A DNA stretch of 48,249 nt, filler included, from Dimargaris cristalligena (lineage: Eukaryota): NCBI GenBank assembly GCA_003614675.1. It is 2 parts of 2 records of this genome, joined end to end, with 100 filler letters (N's around TTAATTAATTAA, not from the genome) between each part and the next. Parts side by side here need not be neighbours in the genome. Positions count along the whole stretch, not along the records: positions 24,194 to 48,249 come from ML002597.1; 1 more part is not named here. One strand, given 5' to 3'. Position numbers and translations under genes: made by a program. Position 1 is the stretch's first letter. The number at the start of each line of letters is the position of its first letter. Below, one piece after another: positions 25,017 to 37,117 of the stretch. The notes under the pieces were generated by a model. It saw only the letters and a list, made by a program, of their open reading frames with translations. It made no database searches and was not told where the DNA came from.

Positions 25017-25775
25017 TTATTCGTCTTGCAATGAAATTCCGGATACTCTAGCAAAATATCTGAATGTTTGGCGAGGGCGATTGGAGCACTGCCTGCGCTT
25101 GTGGTCGTTCAAGGCGACTAAACGAGCAAATTCTAAATTGCAGCGTGGGCAATGGTAATATTTATCACCAGTGTAAATTAACATATGTCGGGTGCGATTT
25201 GATCCCTGACTAAATGTAGCTTGACACACGGGACAAGACAGGGGATTCTCTTGTTTGTGTCGCTCTATCTGCTGATAAAACACGGCATCTTTTTTTACCC
25301 ACTGGTCAAGGTTAGCGGGACTCCACAGGTTACCTTGTGAATTGTAGAAAGGTACTGGTCCCCCAGGAGCAGAGTGAGTACCAGTTTCCCCGTCGGTGCT
25401 GCCAACAACGAATCTGACTTTCTTTACAGGAGGAAGCGATCCAGGTTGAGGGATTAATTGACCCGAATGGTCCGAATGTCTAGAGTTCCCCGCCACAGTG
25501 ACGTTATAGTCCCCTCTAGAACTGCCAAAGTCCGCATTGAGATTCTAGAATTCCCGATTGTCAAGCTTAATGATGAGGGCCAAGATGTCCTCGGACGGGG
25601 TGTTCTCACAAATAAGCCCCTCGACTAATTGTTGAAGTAGGTCGTTGTTTTGGACATAGGGTCAGTCAGCCCCGAGTTGGTTTTTGGTGGCGGGGATTCG
25701 ACAACCCGACACAGAGACGTGGCTAAACACGGGCGAACCCAGAAGAAATAGAGAGGTTGTTCTGAAGGCACGCAT
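25017..25775 (-). pseudogene. Decayed zinc-finger gene with a signal-peptide-like N-terminus
   Basis: ORFs 25662-26162 and 25017-25496 share one frame, interrupted by TGA (25664-25662) and TAG (25547-25545). The fingers read CPVCQATFSQGSNRTRHMLIY-TGDKYY-HCPRCNLEFARLVALNDHKRRQC, and the last His of finger 1 is replaced by Tyr. Confidence 0.55.
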
Positions 25776-27420
25776 TCTGAGCCACGTGATAGTATCAAAC
25801 GTTACGGAAAAATGAAACCTTATAAAGTGGAGGTGGAAGAATATAACAAGAGGTGGTATTTGCTGTTTTATTTCGTAGAAATCTGAAAAGGAGGACGGTG
25901 GATAACATAAGTACGATGAACTAGTGGAATGGACAATAAAATATAGTAGGCGGTATCGTGAACGGCAGCAGGGAAGGTGGTACTTATACGTAGAGCCTGC
26001 CCATCCCCGTTTATTTGGATCTAGGAAACTCGTGGATAGCAAAATGTACATGGTTAGGGAATGCGTATAGGTTGAGTGCCATGTAAAACTCGCTATATCT
26101 ACAGTCCCTCTAATAATCCTAGACCTACTGGGACATTGTCTGCTGGCTGATTTTACTCTCAACGGAGTACAGCATGGTATGGTTTCTTACATCTACACAT
26201 GTTTGTATGGCGTAGCGGTGGTGCGAACATGTGCTCTGCCTTACTCTGGGCGGTGGCCTCCACTCTTTTGGTCGAAGAGCCCATGCCGCCGAGCCCCCCT
26301 TTCACCCTTCTCACAATATCCTGGGGCTAGTGGTACTACCCTAAAATGGCTGATAAAGAGCACTGGGATGGCCCTCACTGTGTGCTAAAAGTGACAATAT
26401 CTCTCCTACCTCCACCATTTCTTTCTGTATAGACCGGTCAAGGACACTCATTCACAAACAACTACAGCACTTTTTAGGGCGGGCTTGTCATATTATTCAC
26501 GACCTTGCTCGATAACTGCAGTGAAACCACCCTCTCACTACGCACACCACTCCAGGGGACTATTTTGGTTACAATTGTGGCACCTCCAAAGTTACCATTT
26601 ATATATGTATCTATCCCACCATCGTGTCTATTTTGAACCAGTATTATACATACTTATGCATGGGGGGGGTCTTGGATATCGCTTTTATTTAATTTTATTT
26701 AAGAAACCCCTGTTAGACTAGACAGAACGAATGGATGAGCGAGTAAGTGGCGGGGTAATGGTCCCCACAAAACCAGACGCACCATTGTCGTGACCGCTTC
26801 TTGTCTACCAGCATTTTCGTAAAAATAAGCATAAAGTTACCACGTGTTTTTATCAACTGTTCTATTATACAACATATGGAAGAAATTCAAACCAGCTGTA
26901 TGTTTTACATAATACATGTATGGATGAATATATGTGAGAATATCTTTTAACCAGTAATATTGACCTCATCCAATGGATTTTTCGTTATACAGCCTGAATG
27001 AACTTCTCCCATATGTTTTCAGTTGGTCTCTCTGGATCAGTTGAGTTGGCTATTGCACGCGCTACATTGGACTATGGATCCGGAGAGGGGGAGTCACGTG
27101 GGGTGTCAGGGGCTCCGAAGATCCCTTGATTTAATGGTTGCAAGCTACATTAGTGACCCATAGTAAATAAATACACAACCGCCTCCCTGAAACACTACAT
27201 CGCAAATTATTAGCGCATTAAGAATACCGGATTCAGTTCGGCTTACCCTTTGGCTGCCTTCTCTCGTTTTACTTGTTTATTCTACCGATTTACCGGTTAT
27301 TCTATTCACAGGCCCGGATGAAAGTCGCCAATCGTCCCTTTTGTACAGTACTTCGCATTATTATTTGATATTACGCCAACCTCAGACTCTCCTCTATCCC
27401 ATTTCGACCATCTTTACGCC

Positions 27421-29058
27421 ATGGATGAAAGCGATTTCGACCATCAACTTCAGTTGCTGGAGAGCGAAGTCGATTCCCCTATTGCCGCTGAAACAACAAC
27501 AGTCGAAGCGGAGGATTCCCTTGCTGCCCGCCAATTTCGGGACCTGTTAGTTGACCATGGGGTCAACGCCTTCGCATCCTGGGATCTCATTGTGGACCGG
27601 TTAAGCCAAGACCCCCGGTTCGATTTAGTTTCCGAACCAGCGCTGCGCAAAGAGTTCTTCGATGAATACTGCCGGGAATTGGTGGTTCGTTCCCGACGAT
27701 CCGCTGCTGACCCCCGCGAAGCCTATCAAGCCCTGGTGCGGGAATTCCTCCAACAAAACGTGAAAGGTACCTGGACTCAATTCCAAAACCAAAACCGCCG
27801 GGATAAGCGGTTTGTGGGCCTGAAGTCAATGAAGGACCGCGTGTTCCTATTCGATGCCGAAGTCAAGCAGCAGAAAGAACGGAAACCCTCTGAGACCGGG
27901 AAGGATAGTAAGCGGCGGGGCGATACGACTACTCCATCACCTCGCCAAGAATTCTTGGCTCTACTCAAAACTACCAATGGCTTGAATCGGGAGAGCAGCT
28001 GGACGTGTACCAAAGAACAACTACGTCACCATCCCGCCTACCGGGCCATCGTGTCCTCAGCCGAGCGTGAGCGGCTATTCCGGGATTACACAGCCGGCCT
28101 TGCCCGACGGGAACGGCGGTCGCGGTCCCGATCGCGCTCTAGATCCCGCTCATGGTCCCCAGCCGATAGAGGGGATAGGGACAAACAGCGACGGGTCCAT
28201 TCCAGTCTAGATGAACGGCGGCGCCAAGTGGAGCGGGACCAGCAGGCCCAGCGGCGGGAAATGGATCGCGAACGGGAGCGACTGCGGCTTCAAGAGGCCG
28301 AGCGGACCTTACAGGTCTGGTTAATTGACCACGAACGCGACCATACACGAGAGACCGACCAGGTGGTGGCGGACCTGCGGAACAGTCCCCGTTGGTCCAC
28401 TATGGGGCGGGACTTAGATCGGCGCACGTTACACCGCTTAATCCAGGACCACCAAGACCAACTCTACCGCAAGCATCTGGCTGCCTTCCATAAGCGACTC
28501 GACGACTTGGTGGTGTTGGGCCAAACCGAGTGGGACCGATTAGGGCCCCGGCTGGAGGCCGAACCGACGGTCAAGCGGTTGCGGGTGGCCCCGGAAAAGT
28601 TGAAAACTATCGTGGACGAGTATATTGCGGAACGCCACCGCCGGGCCCGCGAAGACCTGGTTCAACTCATCCGGGAAAGCTGGTTTGCCCAACACCAACT
28701 GCGGCTGGCCTGGACCAATGAAAGTATCCGGACTATTCTCAACCAAAAGGTGGCCGCCGATTTGATCGCTGCCGCAGCCGACGACGACGATAACGAGGCC
28801 AATCATGATGCTGGTGGGGAGGCGAAGGACCCGGATGACGCCCGCGCCCGGCTCCAGCGACTCCAGGGCGCTGCCAGTATTGACGACCTTCTGGTCAACC
28901 TCAAAGAACTCCATCAAATTTTACACCGAGATAGTCGATATCTGGTGCTTCAGTTCGACCCGGCCGAACGTAATCGAATCATGACTGAAACACTGAGCGA
29001 GATGGTCGAATCTGTTAAACAGCAGTCCCTCTATAGTTCAGCCAAGGGTCAGTCCTGA
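27421..29058 (+). CDS. FF-domain repeat protein (TCERG1/Prp40-related) with an RS tract, 545 aa
   Basis: FF repeats include FRDLL...SW...DPRF...RKEFFDEY, YQALV...TW...DKRF...RVFLF and FLALL...SW...HPAY...RERLFRDY. An RRSRSRSRSRSRS tract follows the third repeat. Confidence 0.85.
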   Translation: MDESDFDHQLQLLESEVDSPIAAETTTVEAEDSLAARQFRDLLVDHGVNAFASWDLIVDRLSQDPRFDLVSEPALRKEFFDEYCRELVVRSRRSAADPREAYQALVREFLQQNVKGTWTQFQNQNRRDKRFVGLKSMKDRVFLFDAEVKQQKERKPSETGKDSKRRGDTTTPSPRQEFLALLKTTNGLNRESSWTCTKEQLRHHPAYRAIVSSAERERLFRDYTAGLARRERRSRSRSRSRSRSWSPADRGDRDKQRRVHSSLDERRRQVERDQQAQRREMDRERERLRLQEAERTLQVWLIDHERDHTRETDQVVADLRNSPRWSTMGRDLDRRTLHRLIQDHQDQLYRKHLAAFHKRLDDLVVLGQTEWDRLGPRLEAEPTVKRLRVAPEKLKTIVDEYIAERHRRAREDLVQLIRESWFAQHQLRLAWTNESIRTILNQKVAADLIAAAADDDDNEANHDAGGEAKDPDDARARLQRLQGAASIDDLLVNLKELHQILHRDSRYLVLQFDPAERNRIMTETLSEMVESVKQQSLYSSAKGQS

Positions 29059-29302
29059 GGAAGTATGCTTTTCCGATTATTGCCCTCCTGGAACCATCTA
29101 CATTTCTGCTCTTATTTTCCCATGCCACTAGCCCTGCCAAAATCTAGACCCATGTGGCCCATTTCATGGTTTATTCCCCAGGGTTTTCAATTTGATTTTA
29201 AGGTTTGAAAATATTGATGGGACCAGCATCAAAGGAGTATTTACTGGGGAATACTGCGTCTATTTATATATAAAAAATGATTTGGAATCGTCTATATTCC
29301 TT

Positions 29303-31579
29303 CTAAAAGCTGCAAACGACTTCCACATGGAAATCGTCGTGTAGTGCAGCCACCGTATTCATGCGGTAAAGAACATCCAAATCGGTCTTACTTAGAGTTA
29401 ATCGGCTGGTGCGGGGCTCGCCTTCGACGGCAACACAGGTGCCCAAGTCGGGGCGGGTCATGAAGGCGGTGTTGAACCAAAAGTGGAAAATCGTGCTCAA
29501 ACCCAGGTAGGTCTGGGTTTTAACCTCGATGCGGATATCGCCGCAAAGTTGGAGTCCCTCGAAAGGTACGGTGATCTCGTAAAAGGGCCGACGTGCAACC
29601 AAAGGTAGCTAAGGCGATGAGTCCGATAAAGATACATTGGTTTAGAAGGGTTGTTGGAATTGTCGAGTAAAAAAGGAATCATTTAAATTAGATAAATAAG
29701 GCACGCCAGTAATTAACGGGTTAACCTACCTGGTTTAGACGCTCTTTATGGAGCTTGTCTTCGTTATTGTGTTTGCGATCAAACACGTAAATCTTCCAGG
29801 CTATAAAGCAGGCAGAGCAAGGGTTATATTATGGAATGTAGCATGTTTTTAAGTTAAATAAACGTACTCTAGATTTATACGAATTGATTGGTGAATGACA
29901 AGCTATACATCTGGAATAATGTATGCGTGATATTTTACAGGGCTTAGTATCGATTCTACCAATTCGGAAATATGTAATACGTCTAAAAGTCCCTACCATC
30001 TGCCAATATTTTGACCCGGTCCCGTGTATCCTTAAGGCGCAGAGTTATGGATTTGAGAAAAACGGGATGGGGCCGGAGTAGATTGGAGTCATCGAGCGTA
30101 TACGAGAAGTACCCGATGTAGCGTTTCTGACTGGGTATTGTGACTCCCTAAAAAAGTCACCATCGATTCCCCCATATTATAAGAAAGTTGGTGGTATAGA
30201 TTGGTAGGACAAATTGGTGAGGGGACCAAAAATATAGCTAGGATTGGACAATGGAACAGCAGGTGTAATCGGAGAGCGGTTGGTTAAAATCTTATAAGAA
30301 TATATATATATATATAATGTAGGATAATCAGGCCTTACCTTCCCATCGAGGGTTCGCAGTTGGCCGAAAATATCGATTGCATCGGCCGTGGTAGCGGCCA
30401 CTTTACTGTAAAGTAGAAAGGCGCAGATCATGGTCCCAGTCCGACCCTTGCCGGCTTTACAGTGTACGACGGCGACATTGGAGACGTCCTCGCCCACCCA
30501 CTGTTCGACATCCCGACAGAATGCATGCATTTGCTCAAGAGCTGGTGGTGTATGGTCAGAAAATGGGTAACGGGCCACTGGAAAATTGGCAATGGCGTGG
30601 TATATTCAGGAATGGGTAATAATGAGTAGTAAATACAAGTCGACAAGTTTAAGAGTGAGTCTAGCCGCTAGCCTGGTAGCCAATGTGGGTAGCATTTTTT
30701 CCAGTCTAATGGGGGATCTGGTCGGGTATCTGGACCACAACGTATTTACTTTGGTATCGGGCCCTCAATATTTTAAATCCAGAATATCTTACCTGGCGCG
30801 TTGAATTTGGTCGGTTGGTATTCCCGTTCTAGACACCTGATGGAAGAAACCAACGAAACAAAAGACAGGAGTATCGCGTCGCATTAGTCTCATTACGGTT
30901 GGGGTAAACCCTGGGCCATTATTATACAAAAGTCAGTGAGCGGACAGCATACCGAGTACGCGCACCTCATAAATAAATAGTCTATGCCGAGTATGGTCTA
31001 CTTACAAATTGTATACTTTATAGTGGTCGGTGTGGTGGCTGTCTAGGTACCTGTTGGCCATGTTCGGGTATTGCACGGATATTGTGGTTCAGAAAGAGCC
31101 GGGTATTAGTAGCAGCAATCGTTCAAATATAAAACCTTGCCTATATACATTAATTCGTCCGTAACCCAGGGCAATCTCCCCAAATATTAGCCGAAATATG
31201 AACTTACGATGCCACCTGGGATAGCTCATTGCGATACAGGCTTTCGAGGCCCTCGGACGGGAAGCACATGGCCACCACCTGGCCTGTGATATCTATGTAC
31301 CGGGGCACGTCAACATGCGCATACGTTAGCCGGAACCAAAGAGCAGCAAATGAGAAGGAGAAGGGACATGTACAGTGGGTTAAGAATAAACGTAGGATCG
31401 CTGGCGCGGTAGCCCGCTTCGCGAACAAGAGAATGCCCCCGCCTTCTGCCCGTTGCAGGCTGGGCCAAGCCAAAACTACAGAATGGTGGGTGCTTACATG
31501 ATAGGTTCAGGGCCTGCCCGGTGTCAGGGTTGGTGGCCTGGCGAAAGTTCTTGGCCGTGAAGTAGCGTAGCGAGTTCAT
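29303..31579 (-). CDS. PTEN: PTEN/Tep1 phosphoinositide 3-phosphatase with C2 domain, ~340 aa
   Basis: Exons 31579-31498, 31292-31208, 31050-31006, 30836-30793, 30577-30339, 30147-29997, 29800-29730 and 29608-29303. Motifs are YPFSDHTPP, HCKAGKGRTG, GVTIPSQKRY, CGDIRIE and FHFWFNTAF. Confidence 0.95.
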
Positions 31580-32229
31580 GGGTACAGAAGAAGAATAATA
31601 AGAAATTAAAGGGGCGAATGGTAAGGGCGTGGCGAACAAGTGGAATGCAGTAATTGGAAAGTACTTCGGGTGCCAAAGGAAACCGCACAAATATTGTTGA
31701 AAGCGCGACCGCTTAGTTATTATGTACAAAGAACCGTCCTGCCAATAGTACTCCGTCCGTGTAGTTTGTTGGTTTTAGTATGCCCTTTCATATATATCCC
31801 CCTCCCCTCCACTGGATGAAATAGTTCATTAAAAAGAGGCTGGCGGAATGGGAGCATATTTTATTCCATCCGCTTGTTATAAACTTCCCATTTTCGCCCC
31901 ATTACTTGGCTTTGGGCCCTCCTATATATCTCCCCTTTATTAAACAATGCAAGACGGCGGTGATCCAATTGACTTATTTCGCTAGTAATCCTTGGTGAAT
32001 CTAGCTTAAAGAAAGTCGGAATTCAGCTGTTCTCCGCGTCATTCAATGGGGCTTGAACGGGATGGTGGTCAGCCTATCCATTACTAGCAGCATACGTATA
32101 CTATATCCCCATTATCCTAGTATAGGCCATGGAAATTCAACAAACCAGTTGTATATTTATATTCAATGGCCACAGTCTTTGTCAGATCATACTATTAATA
32201 AAGAAAAGATAGGGCCGTTTCGGTTCAAC

Positions 32230-35200
32230 CTAAAACGACTTCCCCTCCTGGCCACCTTTCCGAAAACTCATACCGGACATGAACCGGCGTAGATTGTGAT
32301 TGATACGGGTGGTCGAATTAGCCGCTGCCAAAGAAGAGTGGTTGGGGCTAGTCGGTGCGTCAGGCGATGAGGTGCGGTGGGGGACTCGGGAAGAACGCAC
32401 CGTTTCACTGTTGGATTTGCCGAGAGGGGCCGTCTCACCCTCCCCAGTTTCCCCACCCTCAGCGTTTGCCTCGTCGATGGGCCGCAATGGTAAAGTGGGC
32501 GTCGATTCCGCAATTCCCCGGGCGAGACTGCTTTGGCCCGATGTCAGTGATAAAGTCCGCTGGGTATTTTGAATGGCGATACGGTCGGCCTTCTGCCGAA
32601 ATATATCCACTAGGGGGGCTTGGTCAGATTTCTTGATACCCTATTTACAATAAAGCCATATATAGCAACAATAATGAAGTTGGTTAGTTGTGTATGTATG
32701 AAACTAATGATGGAGGCAGAGACGTAAAGCACATCCGTCAACCTCGCATGTTCTTAGATTATTTTAGTGAACGGCGGATCGAATAGCCATAAAATGAAAA
32801 GATGACTTGCCTTGAGATCGAGTACTACTTGGAAACCACCTAATGTCGCATCTGGGAAAAGTAATAGGAAGTTATCAACCATGGCGCTGATGGGTTCCTG
32901 GGGTGCCAAAATGGCCTTCAATATGGCCTCGATTCGACTTACGCCCTTGTTCACCAGTTTGACAAATCTAAAGTCAAACCACGTAGTAGGTATCGATTGG
33001 GGCATAGATTGGCGAACTAGCATTAGTAAATGGGATAGTTACAAGTTGCCTAATAGGTTGTCCTTAGGCACCCATTAAGGTGGGACTGTAATCGTAAGAA
33101 AAACAAAAGGAGGTCCGCGATTAGAGCTGAGATTGAATTTATATTAGAGGAATCAAGAAGACTGCTGATCAGTTGGCGACTTACAGCGAAGGTGGCGGGG
33201 GTGGATTGTCCATCCCCATACTAGGCATCTCTAGGAGAATGGTTTTGGTGGCTTGAATATCAAGTAGCATCTACAGATCGCTCAATAAAATATAGACAAG
33301 ACATGTATATTGAATCGGATTAGACAAAACAAAACCCCTCCATAATTAGCTAATGTGTATTAGGTCATCAGATCACTGCAACGTAGAGTAAAGAAATGAT
33401 TTACCTGCTCCGCCCCAACTTCCGATATTTGTCGACAACGTTGCAGGGTAGTTAAATATTTCCCGGTAAAAGATCTAGATGCGATTGTTAGAATGCATGA
33501 CGATGTGGATGCAATAAAAAGTAGGTGATTAGACTATGGGTTATAGTAGGGTATACCAGGTGACACATATTTTGCGGAATCGTAATTCAAAGTAAGCCCA
33601 ACAACAATCGTCCACAGCCTCGCAGGCATAAACTTACTCAACAAATTTGTCACAAAATGTTCGGATATACCGCCCATTAGTGAGTGAACGCCGAATTACT
33701 CCCACGCACAGGCGAAGGGTGGCGATGACCATAGTTACATAGTCCGACTGGTCACCCACTGACTCCAGCGTACCCCAGGGAATTTTTAACATGGCCGAGA
33801 ATGCCGACTCGCAGCAACTCTCGATTCCCCGGATGAGGGACTTGATGCTAGCGTGGATGGTGTTAAAGAAGGCGTCCCGCTGGGGACCCAGCTGGATATG
33901 GTCCCGCATGGCCGGGTCGATGGTCGCCACAAGTTTCTTCTCCAGCTGGGCGGTCGATGACAAGCAGTAATCGGCCGTGTTAATGATGAGGCATACCTGG
34001 GTCAGCTCATCATGGGACATGGGACGCCGCTCGTCCACTGTGTAAAGCTTCGGTAGTTTACCCATCAGAATTTCACTGGTGTAGAGATGGAGGCCGCGTG
34101 CGAATACCTGGACGAGGTCCAACAGGGGCTGGCCGGTCGAGAAGCTTGAGCATCGCGCTAAAGATTCGCGGTAGAAATAGAGGAGGTCGGTGGACGACGA
34201 CAGGACCGAAATGCTGCTGTCTTCCTCGGAGTGGATGGATTTGGCCTTGAAGTTGTCAATGAGTGCGTTGATCTTGGTTTCTTCCGACTCAATATACAAA
34301 TGGAGGTAGGGCTCGAAACAGGACGATATACAACGAGCGAACGACGATCGGGGTGACTCGGGTGTGGAATCCGCTTCGAAAGTTGACGGGTCCCCGGTCG
34401 CCGGGTTCGCAGGAACCTGGAAGCGGCGTTCCAACTGCTTTTCGAAAGATAGGGTAAGCTGCATGGCCCGGAGGAGACTGGGCACATCCAAGTCTTTACC
34501 ACTCGCAACAATTTGGTCGGTAAGCTGCTTACGGGTAAGTTCCGCAAACTGGTGACACATGAGTTCCCCCATATGCCAGCTGGCGGGGAAAATGGCCGCA
34601 TGCTCCTCGTCGTGGGTCCGCAAGACTCGCCGGAGCCACGCATAGCGCCGGGAAACATTCTCCAGGCTAGCCATCTCATCACTGGGCTGAAAGATGGCCG
34701 AATACGGTAGCAGTTGGTTGGCACAGTACGTGCTCCGAATACGGTCCTTTTCCGGACTGGCCAGTAAGTCCATGATTTCACAGGCATCCTTGAGCTGAGC
34801 CTTATCCCCGGTACACACCCCTTGGTCATTAAACGCTACTTCGAAATCCTGCCGAATACGTTGGGCCAGATTGCGTTTGAGTGTGTCAATGCGACGGGAC
34901 AAGGTGACGACCTCGGGTATCCGATTGTAGCTGACGAAATATTCCTGGAGCTCCTGCACCGCCAACAGCAGGTGTGAGGCCTCCTTGTAATGGCCATTGT
35001 CGCAGATTATCCGTAACTGGTCAGTGGCAGTGGAGAGCATATGCATGCGCTTTAAAACGGTGATGGCCGCGATGAGATTCCGTTTCGCATTGTCGAGGGA
35101 CTTGATGTCCTGGGTGATGTTGAGTACGGTGCCCTGGGATAACTCAGCCCGCTGTTTCATCTCGGAAATGAGGCGGTAGAGCTCTTGGATAGAGAGCTGG

Positions 35201-35418
35201 GTTCGCTGGACTTCCTGGATGCTCTGTTGTTCGGTATCGACCTGGGTCCGCATCACCTGCTGGATTTGGGAGTCGGTTTGGTCAATGTGGGCCTTGATGT
35301 TGTCACTCACGGTGTCCAGCCCCCACAGTGCCATTTCGTTTGGGAACAGCGTATTAACGCAATCTACGGTGGGGAAGTGTTCGGAGTCGAGGGCTGAACT
35401 GCCCGGCGGAGAGGCCAT
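32230..35418 (-). CDS. VPS53: GARP/EARP complex subunit Vps53, ~834 aa
   Basis: Exons 35418-33638, 33474-33405, 33270-33185, 32967-32811 and 32640-32230 (last intron GC-AG). Motifs are ITQDIKSLDNAKRNL, SLENVSRRYAWLRR, IINTADYC, VGDQSDYV, ISEVGAEQ|MLLD and LDLK|GIKK. Confidence 0.95.
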
Positions 35419-37117
35419 GGTGACTACAGGGCAAATGGAATGAGTGAGAGGGGGGAAATATAGTAAGATGAATGCAAGAAAATGGCTAGAGATGCTAAGT
35501 TTCAAATAAAAATACAATGCGGACAATGGAGAGCCTAGTCACTCTATACAAGTATCTGAGAACTGGCATACTGCGAAAATCCAGTACAGCTCCTTGTTAC
35601 ACATATAGAACTTTAATAAAACGCTCTATTAGTCGTGAATATGAGTAATACAGCGGATCGTTGTGGAATTGGAGGATTAATGAGTGATTGCACCCCTTCG
35701 GTGTTCCTGCCGCTTACTCGATTACTCTCTAGAAGAGTAGATGCCATTTACTTGCCAATTTAGCTGCTGAAATGGCGGGACGGGTCTCTCTCTATTGGTT
35801 AACTAATGAACTGTCTGGTATAATTCAGATTCTTGAAATTCCGGGCTACTCTACGCAATCTTTTAATTGTATATTGTGGATTATGTACATATAAAAGCAC
35901 AAATCTCTTAACTATAGGCCTGGTTGAGGATTACTAAACTTTTCGAAGTTGCCCTAAGCCATACCTAGATGTATAGTTAGTAATTTACTGAAAGCATTTC
36001 CAGCTGCTATCTCTAGCTGCTACCGCGCAAAGCGCTAGTCTCAATCAACTTGCGGTATATTATGTACACGCAAGTATGAAATGTCGAATAGATGGGCCAT
36101 CATTCGGAAGGTTTCTTCAAAGCAAGTCACATCTACATAGCCAATTACACAATAATAAATAAATGGTGAATGTGAATAGTTTAGAAAAAACCACTGGTAG
36201 TAGTTTTGTTAGGTATTCGTCATAAATATAAATAGCACAAGTGAAAATACAAATCGATGGTCCATATTATGCAGCAGTGAGGGATAATAATATTAGAGTG
36301 GGTTATTAAGGTAGTATTAACAGGCTCGATATTTGGTATTGTATGGACATCCGCTCGGTAATGGGGATGAATGTAGCTGGCAAAATAGTTGTACATGAAT
36401 AACGGAGAAGTGAAGGCGCATTTTTCAGCCAATTGTACACAAATCAATCTCCATCAGGGGATGTTAGTGTTCTAGTAAAATAAAGCAGGGTTGAACTCAC
36501 AGGGCTGGGGTAGCAAACCGTCTTACCTGTGAAACTACATACTATTTGTCATCGACTGAATTGCTTGAGACCTAATAAACTGTTGTTACGTGTAAAAAAC
36601 GGAGGAAATACGACATCCCGAAGTAGGTTTATTACTATCCAATCAATATTTTTATAACATTCAATCACCAGGAATCATGGCCATATTCGGAGGAGCCCCA
36701 TGATAATACCGCTTTTGATTCGGAAAATCACCAAGCCTGGAGTCCAGTAAACATGTGCCACTCCCTAAAGTAAAGCTAGAAGTAGTAGTAAACCAGTCCC
36801 ACTCCGTCAGCAGCGGCCATTCTTCAAATACTTAGCCCAGGAACGATGAATGTGATACAGTAACAAGGGCTCACTCTGCTTTTCCTCGCTGTTTTATACC
36901 ATTTTGCAACACACGGCACCCGTGGCCCCAGCACCAGTACCATCCCAACGGGCTTTGCCTATGCCAGTTGACTTTAGAAACACGTCACAGTTAAACCAAC
37001 TCTTGCTTGGTTCCATCAATATATTGCTCATTCCGACATTTCCTTACTTCTGTCTATAACAATTCCGCTTCGGTTTTCCCTGGTATCTTTAGCTACCTGG
37101 TACCTATTTGGCTCACA

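Noticed and set aside
25662..25664. In-frame TGA as possible selenocysteine
   Set aside because: There is no redox or Cys-homologous context, a second in-frame stop is TAG, and no SECIS was recognised.
34158..34829. Long overlapping or antisense ORFs (223 aa here; also 21407-21958, 10770-11282, 1993-2517, 44201-44731)
   Set aside because: They are shadows of GC-rich real coding regions and have no independent domain signal.
35419..35526. Hydrophobic N-terminal extension on the VPS53 ORF in the track
   Set aside because: It starts at a non-ATG codon in pyrimidine-rich 5'UTR-like sequence, and the ATG at 35418 fits the family start.
36497..36532. TCACAGG...CCTGTGA hairpin in the VPS53-ATG29 intergenic region
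   Set aside because: It is only a 7-bp stem with no ribozyme, riboswitch or snoRNA core motifs around it.
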